A DNA stretch of 64,000 nucleotides, from contig CP070695.1 of the NCBI GenBank assembly GCA_020353515.1, positions 1,829,435 to 1,893,434 on the forward strand, written 5' to 3'. The notes below the pieces were generated by a model. That model was not told where the DNA came from and did not search any database. It saw nothing but the letters and a program-made list of their open reading frames with translations. Position 1 is the stretch's first letter. Every line of letters starts with the position of its first letter. Shown here in pieces: positions 50,298 through 59,876 of this stretch. Source of the stretch: Candidatus Heimdallarchaeota archaeon (GTDB lineage: Archaea > Asgardarchaeota > Heimdallarchaeia > Hodarchaeales > Hodarchaeaceae). Made by a program: the position numbers and the translations under genes.

Positions 50298-51713
50298 ATG
50301 AAACTATACAATTCCTTAACCCGGAATAAAGAAGAATTTATCACTATTGAAGATAAAAAGGTTCGCTTTTACTCATGTGGCCAGACAGTTTATGAGGATG
50401 CTCATATTGGTAATGCACGAACCTATTCTTACTGGGATACATTAGTTAGGTATCTCCGTTGGCGCGGATATGATGTTTTTTGGGTTCAAAACTTCACAGA
50501 TGTGGGCCACCTGACAGATGATGCAGACAGCGGTGAAGATAAAATAATACGAACAGCCAAACGGAAATCTATCCAACCTATGGTTTTAGTGGAAACAAAA
50601 ATACGGCAATTCTTCGAAGACATGGATGCTCTAAACATCCAAAGAGCGGATATTTATCCTCGTGCAACGGCAGAAATCCCTGAAATGATTGAATTCGTTA
50701 AAGATTTACTTGTAAAAGAATATGCATACGAGGTAAATGGCTCAATCTATTTTGATGTGACAAAATTTCCTTCTTATGGAGAACTTAGCCCATCATCATA
50801 TTCTGAGGAATCAGCAGGTGCTCGTATTGCTGTTAATCCTGAGAAACGAGATCCTAGGGATTTTGCATTATGGATTCGAGCTCCTCCAGAACACCTTATG
50901 AAATGGCCATCCCCATGGGGTCTTGGTTATCCTGGTTGGCATCTTGAATGCAGTGTAATGTCTCAAAAATATTTGGGTACTACACTAGATATTCATGGGG
51001 GGGGAATCGATCATCTCTATTTACATCATCCAAATGAAATTGCTCAATCTGAAGCACGCACAGGTGAAAAGTTTGTAAACTATTGGTTACATGCAGCATT
51101 TCTCACTGTCGATGGTGAACGGATGGGAAAATCCAAAGGGAACTTCATCTTGGTTCGCGAGCTTCTTAACGAATTTGATCCAATGCTCATTAGGCTTTTT
51201 TTGATCAATTCCTATTATCGAAAAAGTGTAGATTTCAATCGAGATGCTCTTGTACAAACTCAGATTCTTCTCGATCGAATACGAACGACAATAGCTTCCA
51301 TCGATCGGGCAACAGGCGAGAAAGAATCTGATTTAATCACAGCTATCACTGAGGTTGAGGCAGATTTTATCGCTGCAATGGATGATGACTTAAACACTGT
51401 TGGAGCACTCCAAGCGATCATGCAGTTTGTCAAAAAAGTAAATGCTGCTCTTGACAATGAAAAGTCTCTCCTAGAAGAAGCTAAAAACAAGATTATAACA
51501 TTTATTGGTATCTTAGGGATTTCTCTTCAAGATGAAGCCCAGCAGGGAACAATTCCTTTATCTGCTTTGGTGGACATGTTGGTAGGTTTGAGAGATAAAT
51601 TACGAGAATCCAAGCAATATGAATTCTCTGATCAGATTAGAGCTGAGTTGTTAGAATTAGGTATTCAACTTGAAGACAAACCAGATGGAACCATTTGGAA
51701 ATTAAAGAGATAA
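50298..51713 (+). CDS. cysS: Cysteine--tRNA ligase (class I)
   Basis: CGQTVY..AHIGN, DFALW, GYPGWHLEC, DIHGGG.D, HHPNE.AQ, MGKS, AMDDDLNT. Confidence 0.97.
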   Translation: MKLYNSLTRNKEEFITIEDKKVRFYSCGQTVYEDAHIGNARTYSYWDTLVRYLRWRGYDVFWVQNFTDVGHLTDDADSGEDKIIRTAKRKSIQPMVLVETKIRQFFEDMDALNIQRADIYPRATAEIPEMIEFVKDLLVKEYAYEVNGSIYFDVTKFPSYGELSPSSYSEESAGARIAVNPEKRDPRDFALWIRAPPEHLMKWPSPWGLGYPGWHLECSVMSQKYLGTTLDIHGGGIDHLYLHHPNEIAQSEARTGEKFVNYWLHAAFLTVDGERMGKSKGNFILVRELLNEFDPMLIRLFLINSYYRKSVDFNRDALVQTQILLDRIRTTIASIDRATGEKESDLITAITEVEADFIAAMDDDLNTVGALQAIMQFVKKVNAALDNEKSLLEEAKNKIITFIGILGISLQDEAQQGTIPLSALVDMLVGLRDKLRESKQYEFSDQIRAELLELGIQLEDKPDGTIWKLKR

Positions 51714-51742
51714 TCTTTGTTGTCTTGTTTAACAAAATATAT

Positions 51743-52945
51743 CTAATTAAACGCCTTTGAAATTCTCTCTAGAGATTCTTCTAAGATAGAAAGTGGACAC
51801 GCAATATTTATACGTTCAAACCCCTCTCCTCCTGCTCCAAATTTATAACCCGAATCCAATGCCAATTTCGCTTCCTCAAGTATCTTTTTTTCTAACTCCT
51901 TGGAATCGAGTTCAAATGCTCGAAAATCTAGCCAAACTAGGTAGGTTCCTTCCGGTTCAATAACAGAGACAGAGGGAAGATTTTTGTTAATGAAAGATTT
52001 CAAGAAATTCAGATTCCGCTCAAGAACTTGAATAAGAGAGCTTAACCATTCCTCTCCCTCGTCATACGCAACTTGTAAAGCTAATGCACCGAATGCATTA
52101 GGAATGGTGAGAGCAAGTGCTTCCATCTGAACTTTAAAATTTTCATGAAGTTTCTCATTAGGAATTATTACATTTGAATGTTGAAAACCTGCAAGATTAA
52201 ACGTTTTACTTCCTGCGGTGCATGTGATAGACTGTTGTGCGAGTTCTTCAGAAATCGAAGCATAGACAATATGCTTGTGCTTTGGATATATTAGATCACA
52301 GTGAATTTCATCTGAAATAACTAAGACATCATTCTCGAGACAAATTTCTCCCAATTTACTTAATTCTTCTTTGGACCAAACACGACCGATTGGATTATGA
52401 GGACTACACAGTATCAAAGCCCTTGCACGTGGATCTTTGGCTTTTTCTTCAAGATCCTCATAATTCATTCGATAATAAGAATCATCTAGAATTAATTGGT
52501 TTGAAAGAACTTGACGACCATTGTTCTTTATAATTGAAGCAAAAGGATAGTAGACAGGATCTTGAATAATCACCTTATCTCCAGGATCGGTAAACCTCTG
52601 GATTATGTATGTGCAGGCCTGAACAATACCAGGAGAAAAAACCAACCAATCCTCATGCAAATCCCAATTGTGACGACGTTTAAACCAATTTATCACAGAA
52701 TTGTTGTATTTTGAAGGATCTGGTCCAGTATAACCAAATATCCCATGCTTTACTCTTGTAACAAGTGCATCAATAACTGGCTGAGGGGCACGAAAATCCA
52801 TATCTGCGACCCATAGTGGTAATAGATCTTCCTTACCAAATATTTTAGTTAAATAGAAAGGGTCCCATTTAATGGATCCAGTATTTGAACGATCAATAAC
52901 TTCATCAAAGATACTAAAATCTATTTTTGTCATTTTCAATACCAA
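51743..52945 (-). CDS. patB: MalY/PatB family PLP cystathionine beta-lyase (start may be ATG 52933)
   Basis: S.KW, WVADMDF, LCSPHNP.GRVW, SDEIH, SKTFNLAG, TYL.WLD, RIN.AC. Confidence 0.92.
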   Translation of the reverse strand: MVLKMTKIDFSIFDEVIDRSNTGSIKWDPFYLTKIFGKEDLLPLWVADMDFRAPQPVIDALVTRVKHGIFGYTGPDPSKYNNSVINWFKRRHNWDLHEDWLVFSPGIVQACTYIIQRFTDPGDKVIIQDPVYYPFASIIKNNGRQVLSNQLILDDSYYRMNYEDLEEKAKDPRARALILCSPHNPIGRVWSKEELSKLGEICLENDVLVISDEIHCDLIYPKHKHIVYASISEELAQQSITCTAGSKTFNLAGFQHSNVIIPNEKLHENFKVQMEALALTIPNAFGALALQVAYDEGEEWLSSLIQVLERNLNFLKSFINKNLPSVSVIEPEGTYLVWLDFRAFELDSKELEKKILEEAKLALDSGYKFGAGGEGFERINIACPLSILEESLERISKAFN

Positions 52946-52983
52946 CTTTCATTCATTAGAGATTAAGGAAATAAGATAAGTAT

Positions 52984-54774
52984 TCAAAGGTCCAAAGATG
53001 CAAGTTTGTCTTTCGTGGGAATTCCCTCTCGATCCCATCCTCTCAATTCATAGTATTTTGCTTTGGCTTTCTCAAAATCCTCTAATTTAATTCTTTGACC
53101 CTTTGGATCCCCTTTGGGTGCTTCATCTTGATAAAAACGGGGTGGTAAAATATCATTGAAAGCAGTCATTCCTTCTCGTGTATTAAATTGGCGGATAATA
53201 TTCCATACTCGTTCACCAGCCATCAGGTAACTCTCTGGGGTGTATGAAAAACCAGTTGCAGTGTTAAGTATTTCAACCATCTCATCAATATCAAATGGTA
53301 AGAAATCACATAGAACTAACGAGAAACATGCGGCTCTCTCATCTTGTGATTCTTTAACAAATTTTGGTACTCCTTCCATACTAAATCGAGTTAATGTACC
53401 AGATAGTTCCGCTCCAGGTGTCCAACAACGTTGATGACAGCCTCCACGATCAGAGGTAGCATAAGCTAATGCCATCCCAAAGGATCCTCGGGGTTCAACA
53501 CCTGCAAGTTCTAAATTTTTCACCTGAATTGCAAAATCAGTACTACCATGACCTATTATTTTTGCAGCAGAAAATGACCCCCTAGCAAACAGTTCCCCAA
53601 CTCCTTTTCGTTCTGCAATAAGACGTAGCATCTCATGTTGGGCCTCTACAGTGCCAAATTTTAAGCTTTGAATATCCTTCTGATCAAAAATTCCCTTTTC
53701 ACTACATTCCATAGCAAACGCAATTGTCCCACCGGCAGTAATTGTGTCCATTCCTAAGTCATCACAAATCTGATTGGATTTAGCTATTGCAGCGAGATCG
53801 TCGACCCCACAACTTGCCCCTAAGAGTGCACTTGTTTCATATTCAGGACCATCAACTTCTAATCCTGCATATTTGCCTTCAGTAAAGCGGGTTGTTTTTC
53901 CACAAGCAATCAGACAGCCATAACAAGCAGTATGACCAATAACGAACTCATCACGCATCCTTTCCCCAGAAATGGCCTCTGCACCCTCAAATACCCCTGC
54001 TTGAAAGTTCCTTGTTGGTAGAAAACCTGCTTCGTTCGCCATTTTAACCCACATGACTGTACCAATCTCATGACGGCGTTTAACTCCAGGATTCTCACGT
54101 ACCTTTTTCCTAAATTGCCTGGTTAATCCTCTGAATTTTTCAGGATTAGCGGCCTCAATCTTTTGATTTCCTCCCACAACAATTGCTTTGAGATTTTTTG
54201 ATCCCATTACAGCTCCTGCTCCTCCTCTACCAGCCATATGGGTTCGATCAGTCATAATATTAGCAAAAGTTACTAAATTTTCTCCTGCAGGGCCAATAGA
54301 ACAGACTTCAGAACCTTCATATCGTTTCTTCAATATTTCTTCTGTTTGATATGTTCCTTTACCCCAGAGATCGTCCGCAGAATGAATTTCAACCTGTTCA
54401 GAGGAAATTTCCAAATAACAAGGAGAAAGCGCTTTCCCGTGAAGAGAGACGAAATCATAACCTGCTCGTTTCAAACGGTGACCAAATTTTCCCCCGATTT
54501 GACTATCAAGATAGATTCCTGTATGAGGAGATTTTGTAACTATACACCATCGGCCAGAGGTCTGGACAGAGGTACCTGATAGAGGGCCAGTCATGAATAA
54601 GAGGATATTTTCAGGACCTAATGGTTCAACCCCAGGTTTCAGCGCATCAAAAAGAATTTTCGCCCCGAGACCTTTCCCTCCTATAAATTGTTCTGCAAGG
54701 TGCATATCAAGAGAATGTTCTGATATTTTTCCTATTGAGAGGTCAACATCCAAAGATTTACCCATATATCCCAT
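52984..54774 (-). CDS. aor: Tungsten-containing aldehyde:ferredoxin oxidoreductase
   Basis: KSP.TG, IGPAGE, GRGG.GAVMGSKNLKA, C..C...C, PEYET, D..GMDT, RGGCH. Confidence 0.93.
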   Translation of the reverse strand: MGYMGKSLDVDLSIGKISEHSLDMHLAEQFIGGKGLGAKILFDALKPGVEPLGPENILLFMTGPLSGTSVQTSGRWCIVTKSPHTGIYLDSQIGGKFGHRLKRAGYDFVSLHGKALSPCYLEISSEQVEIHSADDLWGKGTYQTEEILKKRYEGSEVCSIGPAGENLVTFANIMTDRTHMAGRGGAGAVMGSKNLKAIVVGGNQKIEAANPEKFRGLTRQFRKKVRENPGVKRRHEIGTVMWVKMANEAGFLPTRNFQAGVFEGAEAISGERMRDEFVIGHTACYGCLIACGKTTRFTEGKYAGLEVDGPEYETSALLGASCGVDDLAAIAKSNQICDDLGMDTITAGGTIAFAMECSEKGIFDQKDIQSLKFGTVEAQHEMLRLIAERKGVGELFARGSFSAAKIIGHGSTDFAIQVKNLELAGVEPRGSFGMALAYATSDRGGCHQRCWTPGAELSGTLTRFSMEGVPKFVKESQDERAACFSLVLCDFLPFDIDEMVEILNTATGFSYTPESYLMAGERVWNIIRQFNTREGMTAFNDILPPRFYQDEAPKGDPKGQRIKLEDFEKAKAKYYELRGWDREGIPTKDKLASLDL

Positions 54775-54800
54775 ATCTTATCCCAGCATTGACTTACTAT

Positions 54801-55838
54801 CTATCTGGAAACCTTTCGATGAATATCCAAGATATCAGTTAATAAAGCATAACCTGTAGCCTCACGACCTGCACCAGGTCCGACTATTGTCACATCACCG
54901 AGATATTTTGTAGTGTAAGTTAAGGCATTTATTGGGCCACTTACTGCAGCGAGAGGATGATCTAAGGGGATTTTCTCTGGCCTCACATATGCATCAACAA
55001 ATCCATCTTCTTTTAATTCAGCTCCCGCTATAAGTTTCCAGCGTTTTCCTTCCTTATTAGCTTCTTTAATATCCTGATAAGTGATCTTAGTAATTCCTTG
55101 ACAGGGGACTTGGTCTTTAGTGATGTTCCCACCCATTACAACATTGGTTAGAATCACGATTTTTCCCAAAGCATCATAGCCTTCAACATCAGCAGTCGGA
55201 TCAGCTTCAGCATAACCAAGGTCTTGTGCTTGTTTTAATGCTACCTCATAAGTCAAGCCTTTCTCCATCTCGGTTAAGATGTAATTAGTAGTCCCATTAA
55301 CAATCCCAGCAATTTTAGTTATTTTCGAGCTTGCTAGATTATTTACTCCTAAATTAAGAGCTGGAGTCCCACTTAAAACAGTCCCCTCAAATCTTATCTC
55401 AACACCATTTGTTTTTGCCATTGAAAGGAGTTCTCGCGCAGCCAAGGCAATTGGCCCTTTATTAGTCATAACTATATGTTTGTGACATCCAATAGCAGTC
55501 TTAATATGCGAAATTGCTGGTTCTCCTGTGTTAATATCTGTCCAAGACACTTCTACAATAAGGTTTGCATTTGTTTCTGTAATTGTTTGAATACTATCCC
55601 ATCCCTTAATCCCCTCTGGGTAATCCTCAATCTTGCCTGTAGATTTTACCAAATCTAAAAGCTTTTGAACATCTAATCCATTTTCTGCATAAACTGAACC
55701 TTTCATTTTGTCAGCTATAGCAACAACTTCAAATTCAAAACCAAACTGGTTTTTTAAATCGGTTTTCTGTTCCAAGAGTATTTCTGCAAGACCCTGGCCG
55801 ACAACTCCAAAACCGATAAATGCTATTCTTGTTATCAC
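54801..55838 (-). CDS. hom: Homoserine dehydrogenase (no ACT domain)
   Basis: GFGVVG, TNKGP, NGTTNYIL, AQ.LGYAE.DPT.DVEG.D, GPGAG..AT. Confidence 0.93.
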   Translation of the reverse strand: MITRIAFIGFGVVGQGLAEILLEQKTDLKNQFGFEFEVVAIADKMKGSVYAENGLDVQKLLDLVKSTGKIEDYPEGIKGWDSIQTITETNANLIVEVSWTDINTGEPAISHIKTAIGCHKHIVMTNKGPIALAARELLSMAKTNGVEIRFEGTVLSGTPALNLGVNNLASSKITKIAGIVNGTTNYILTEMEKGLTYEVALKQAQDLGYAEADPTADVEGYDALGKIVILTNVVMGGNITKDQVPCQGITKITYQDIKEANKEGKRWKLIAGAELKEDGFVDAYVRPEKIPLDHPLAAVSGPINALTYTTKYLGDVTIVGPGAGREATGYALLTDILDIHRKVSR

Positions 55839-55852
55839 TTAATCCACCTTTT

Positions 55853-57022
55853 TTAGAATGAATCCTTAATGCTTTCTATTGCCTCATTAATATTATCAAC
55901 AGACGTTGCATACGAAAATCTAAGATATCCTTCTCCCACATCTCCAAAAACTGTTCCTGGAAGACAAGCTACCCCATTCTCCTCTAATAATTTATCTGCC
56001 AATTCTTTTGAAGTTTTTCCAGTATCTTTAATATTAGGAAAAACATAAAATGCACCCTGGGGCCGCAAACAGGAAAATCCTGAAATGCTATTCAAGCCAT
56101 CAACGATAGCATCTCGTCTTTTGCGAAAGGCCTTCATATTCCTCTTCAGCTCCTCTTGAGGTTCTTTCATGGTTAATGCTGCGGCACCTGCTTTCTGGAT
56201 GAAAGCATTTACACAAGAGACTGTCATTGAAATTAAAAGCCCCATTCGATCAATGATTCTCTCTGGTCCTATTACATAGCCCAATCTCCATCCAGTCATT
56301 GAATAAGCTTTAGAGAAGCCGTCTAAAATGACTGTTCTTTCCTTACATTCATCATGTTCAGAACAAGAGTAAAAAGTCTCATCATAGGTCATTTTAGAAT
56401 AAATTTCGTCAGAAAGAAGGTAAACATTGTTCTCTTCTGCGAGTTCTGCAATGCGAATGATTTCTTCCTTCTTCATAACTGAACCTGTTGGATTTTGTGG
56501 GCTGTTTAAAACGATGACTTTTGTTTTAGGCGAAATTTTTTCTTCTACATCAGCGGGGTTTAATCGAAATTCATTTTCTTCTTTAAGGGGAAGCGAAATA
56601 TTTCCTGTATTTAGATAATGGACGACAGCCCTGTAAGTAGGAAATCCAGGATTAGGGTGAATTACTTCTTCTTTGAGGGGATTATCACTTGCTGCTCGTA
56701 TCATATAAAAAATTGCAGAGTTTCCTCCTGGTACAACTAAGATCTGATTTAATAAAGGACAAAATCCTCTTGTTTTTTCAATCTCGTCTTGAATGGCTTC
56801 TTTCAATTCAAGAATCCCTTGCGCTGAAACATATCCAGTGAAATTCTCATCCAGCGCTTTTTTGGCTACGTCTTTAACACATTCAGGAGTACAAAAATCT
56901 GGTTGACCTATTTCAAAGTGTAAAACTCGCTTACCTTGACGTTCAAGGGTTTGTGCTCGTGATAGAACATCAAAAATCCCTGCTCCAGTCCTTAAGCCCT
57001 CAAAATCGAGCATATTACTCAC
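55853..57022 (-). CDS. Class I/II PLP aminotransferase (aspartate aminotransferase-like)
   Basis: GQPDF, NSPQNPTG, SDEIY, SKAYSMTGWRLG, GAFY, LRFSY. Confidence 0.92.
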   Translation of the reverse strand: MSNMLDFEGLRTGAGIFDVLSRAQTLERQGKRVLHFEIGQPDFCTPECVKDVAKKALDENFTGYVSAQGILELKEAIQDEIEKTRGFCPLLNQILVVPGGNSAIFYMIRAASDNPLKEEVIHPNPGFPTYRAVVHYLNTGNISLPLKEENEFRLNPADVEEKISPKTKVIVLNSPQNPTGSVMKKEEIIRIAELAEENNVYLLSDEIYSKMTYDETFYSCSEHDECKERTVILDGFSKAYSMTGWRLGYVIGPERIIDRMGLLISMTVSCVNAFIQKAGAAALTMKEPQEELKRNMKAFRKRRDAIVDGLNSISGFSCLRPQGAFYVFPNIKDTGKTSKELADKLLEENGVACLPGTVFGDVGEGYLRFSYATSVDNINEAIESIKDSF

Positions 57023-58306
57023 TCAACGATGATGAAGGTTTCGTGCTGCAATAAATGGTAAACCATTCTCTGTAAGAATTCGAGCAGTAGTATTAATGGC
57101 ATCCTGTCTATCAAGATAGTTCGTACGTAAAGCATCCCAATCATTAGCGCTTATAATATCTTCTTTAGAACGGAAATAGTCTAGAATATCTGACGGATGA
57201 TCACGGGTTCTTTCAACTTCGACGTTGCCGCCTTCATGTTTTGCACTTATGTTTTTAACACGAGCTGCTAGTTCTACTAACTCCTCACGTCGATCATATG
57301 GTTGTCGTACGATACTTTTCCAAGTCTCAATCACATGATGTTCTAAGCGAACTACATCTTCAAAACCAAACTCGTTTCTAATATAAGCACTCAACTCAAT
57401 CGTCTGATTATTCACAGAATTTGCTAGATTAAATCCAATTAATGGACTACTACCATTTTCTCGAGCAAATAACTTCGCAGCAAGAAGAGTCCAAAAACAA
57501 GAATAAGGATTATCATTCCCAACAAATACAGAAATCTTGAATTCGTTGTTGATTCCTAATTTATGTAGAAAATAGCCTAAAAGAATGGTACCTAAATTAA
57601 TATTGAGAACTTGCTGAACACCATAATTTGTATAATAATAGAGATATTCATCTACCCATTTAAGAGCAAAATCATTAGGTTGACCGACTCCACCAAAATA
57701 ACCTGTGATAGTCCCTGGACCCCCTAAATGAACATTGACAGGATTTCCATCGGGGCCTGGAGCTGTCCCCTTAGTGTCCAAAGTTTCGACATAAGTTGCA
57801 CCAATGATCTGCATAGCTGCAGTCATTGCTAACAAATCCCCATCTTCTTCTTGTTCTTTCATTCTCCTAACTCGGATGATCCGTCCAGGTAATAACTCCT
57901 GATTGGCAATAGCACGTTTAGCTCCTTCAATCAGGAAAGGAAAATATTGACATGCTGAAAGTTCCAAAGTTACAGCAAAAGCATCATCAAACTTAAATTT
58001 ATTAACATCGCCCCCTAGTACTTTTCGATGATAATCCTCAATTGGAATGAATGCTTGTTGATCCCGTTGAGTGGTTAACCAATCTAAGTCTTTAACATAA
58101 TCTGGTTTCTTCTTCTCTAGTTTATATAAGATAGTCTCTAAGTCCCTAGCTTCCTTAGCTTTAAGATTAATGTTATCAATCCCACCATACTTATCTATAA
58201 CTTCTAAAAGATCGTTAATTAATGGATTATCCTCATTCAGCAAAAAATCATTTATTTCTTTTAGATTTTGGTCTGGTATTCGTAACTTTGCTCGTAAATT
58301 ATTCAT
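57023..58306 (-). CDS. Enzyme-like hypothetical protein, first gene of the aminotransferase-hom-aor operon
   Basis: 427 aa from ATG 58306 with SD GGAGG; Gly-rich ETLDTKG, VHLGGPGTITGYFGG, KHEGG and HPSD segments; abuts the next gene. Confidence 0.75.
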   Translation of the reverse strand: MNNLRAKLRIPDQNLKEINDFLLNEDNPLINDLLEVIDKYGGIDNINLKAKEARDLETILYKLEKKKPDYVKDLDWLTTQRDQQAFIPIEDYHRKVLGGDVNKFKFDDAFAVTLELSACQYFPFLIEGAKRAIANQELLPGRIIRVRRMKEQEEDGDLLAMTAAMQIIGATYVETLDTKGTAPGPDGNPVNVHLGGPGTITGYFGGVGQPNDFALKWVDEYLYYYTNYGVQQVLNINLGTILLGYFLHKLGINNEFKISVFVGNDNPYSCFWTLLAAKLFARENGSSPLIGFNLANSVNNQTIELSAYIRNEFGFEDVVRLEHHVIETWKSIVRQPYDRREELVELAARVKNISAKHEGGNVEVERTRDHPSDILDYFRSKEDIISANDWDALRTNYLDRQDAINTTARILTENGLPFIAARNLHHR

Positions 58307-58412
58307 AAAATAGGCCTCCAAAGCGTAATTCAAATTTCCCCTAATAATTTTAACATTTTTCAAAGTTTTTGTGCTTCTATTTAGTAGAGAGAATACTTAC
58401 GCTATGATGTCA

Positions 58413-58450
58413 AAGGTTGTCTCAAACAACCTTGGTTCTTTTTTTTTCTT
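58413..58450 (+). other. Perfect 8-bp hairpin followed by a T-tract in a divergent intergenic region
   Basis: AAGGTTGT-ctcaa-ACAACCTT, then a long T-rich run. Confidence 0.45.
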
Positions 58451-58527
58451 GATTGAACCTTAAGCTAATTTCAAAAACCACTTAATGGGATTTTATCCCT
58501 TGAATGGTAATATTATTCAGTATGGAA

Positions 58528-58570
58528 ATCATCCTGTATAAACTTCTAATTTTCAGAATAACAGGATGAT
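58528..58570. promoter_or_regulatory. Perfect 10-bp inverted repeat with a 23-nt spacer
   Basis: ATCATCCTGT (58528-58537) ... ACAGGATGAT (58561-58570), with an inner TTCT/AGAA stem. Confidence 0.45.
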
Positions 58571-58731
58571 ATTACCCTTTTGCTAATTAATTTTGATTCT
58601 AAGTTCAGATAAGTGCAGAAAGCAATAAATACTTAAAACTTAGTAAAACATAACTACTTTGAATTTGATTTCACATATTAGTTTAACAGTCTAGAGAGAA
58701 GACTTCTCCATGATAATAGGTGGTAATAAAT

Positions 58732-59844
58732 ATGAGTTTGCGTAATTATATCATTCGGCGTGTAATTTTTAGCATTCCTTTAATTTTAGGAATTTCTATC
58801 ATCCTCTTCACACTTATGTGGCTTAGTCCAATGGATTATGTTGATGTCCTAAAGCAGGGGGATCCCACTTTGACACAGGAAGAAATGGAAAACATGCGCC
58901 ATCAGCTAGGACTAGATCGCCCTCCCCAAGAACAATATTTGTTCTGGTTATTTGGAAAAAACTCTGAAGACAGCGATTATTTAACAGAGTTTTCAGATTA
59001 TGTTTTATTGGGATTGGGTAGAGGAATTCAAAGCACCTTCAAAATAGATTTAGATATTGGGCCGAGTGATTTTACCCCAGGCTTCGTTTTTGGTAATTTA
59101 GGACGTTCTTATTCAGGTTCCACTATTAACTCCTTGATTGGAGCATTAGCCTGGCAAACCATGAAACTCCAATTAGCCTCATTAATTATGAGTCTAATGC
59201 TAGGTATACCTCTAGGGATTTTTTCCGCAAGACGGCCTTACTCAAAAACAGACAATGTTTCTACAACATTTGCCTTATTTGGTGTCTCAATGCCAGTCTT
59301 TTGGACAGGAATCATGTGCATTTTACTCTTCTCGGACTGGAAAATATTCTTTGGAATCAAATTTCCCACAATTGGTGCATATAGTTATGACTTGACGGGA
59401 AATGAAACCTTCCTTGAGCTGATATGGGATGAACTATTTCATATGATTATCCCAACTGTCGTCTTAGGGCTAAGTGGAACCGCTTTGATTCTCAGGTTGA
59501 CGAGATCAAGCATGTTGGAAGTTTTACGGCAGGATTATATTCTGACAGCCCGATCGAAAGGTCTCTCAGAGAGATTAGTAATTTACAAACATGCTTTAAG
59601 TAACGCACTACTACCTGTAGTCACTGTTGTTGGATTAAGTATAGGTTTCTTATTGGCTGGTGCTGCATTAACTGAAACGGTTTTTTCGTGGCCGGGTCTG
59701 GGAAAGGAAGCTGTTTACCGAGTAAATGTCAGAGATTACAACTTTATGATGGGGATCAATATGTTGATCGCAGTCATGGTGATTCTCGCAAACTTATTGA
59801 CAGATATCACGTATGCATTTCTAGATCCAAGAATACGCTACTAG
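58732..59844 (+). CDS. dppB: Peptide/nickel ABC permease, DppB/OppB type
   Basis: YI.RR, LGLDRP..EQY..W, SMPVFW, R.TRS.MLE...DYI.TARSKG, ETVF.WPG.G, DPRI. Confidence 0.92.
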   Translation: MSLRNYIIRRVIFSIPLILGISIILFTLMWLSPMDYVDVLKQGDPTLTQEEMENMRHQLGLDRPPQEQYLFWLFGKNSEDSDYLTEFSDYVLLGLGRGIQSTFKIDLDIGPSDFTPGFVFGNLGRSYSGSTINSLIGALAWQTMKLQLASLIMSLMLGIPLGIFSARRPYSKTDNVSTTFALFGVSMPVFWTGIMCILLFSDWKIFFGIKFPTIGAYSYDLTGNETFLELIWDELFHMIIPTVVLGLSGTALILRLTRSSMLEVLRQDYILTARSKGLSERLVIYKHALSNALLPVVTVVGLSIGFLLAGAALTETVFSWPGLGKEAVYRVNVRDYNFMMGINMLIAVMVILANLLTDITYAFLDPRIRY

Positions 59845-59876
59845 AGTTATGAAACGCTTGAGGTGAAATTATAATT

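Noticed and set aside
58307-58363. N-terminal extension of the hypothetical protein
   Set aside because: ATG 58306 has a GGAGG SD; the extension reads as UTR.
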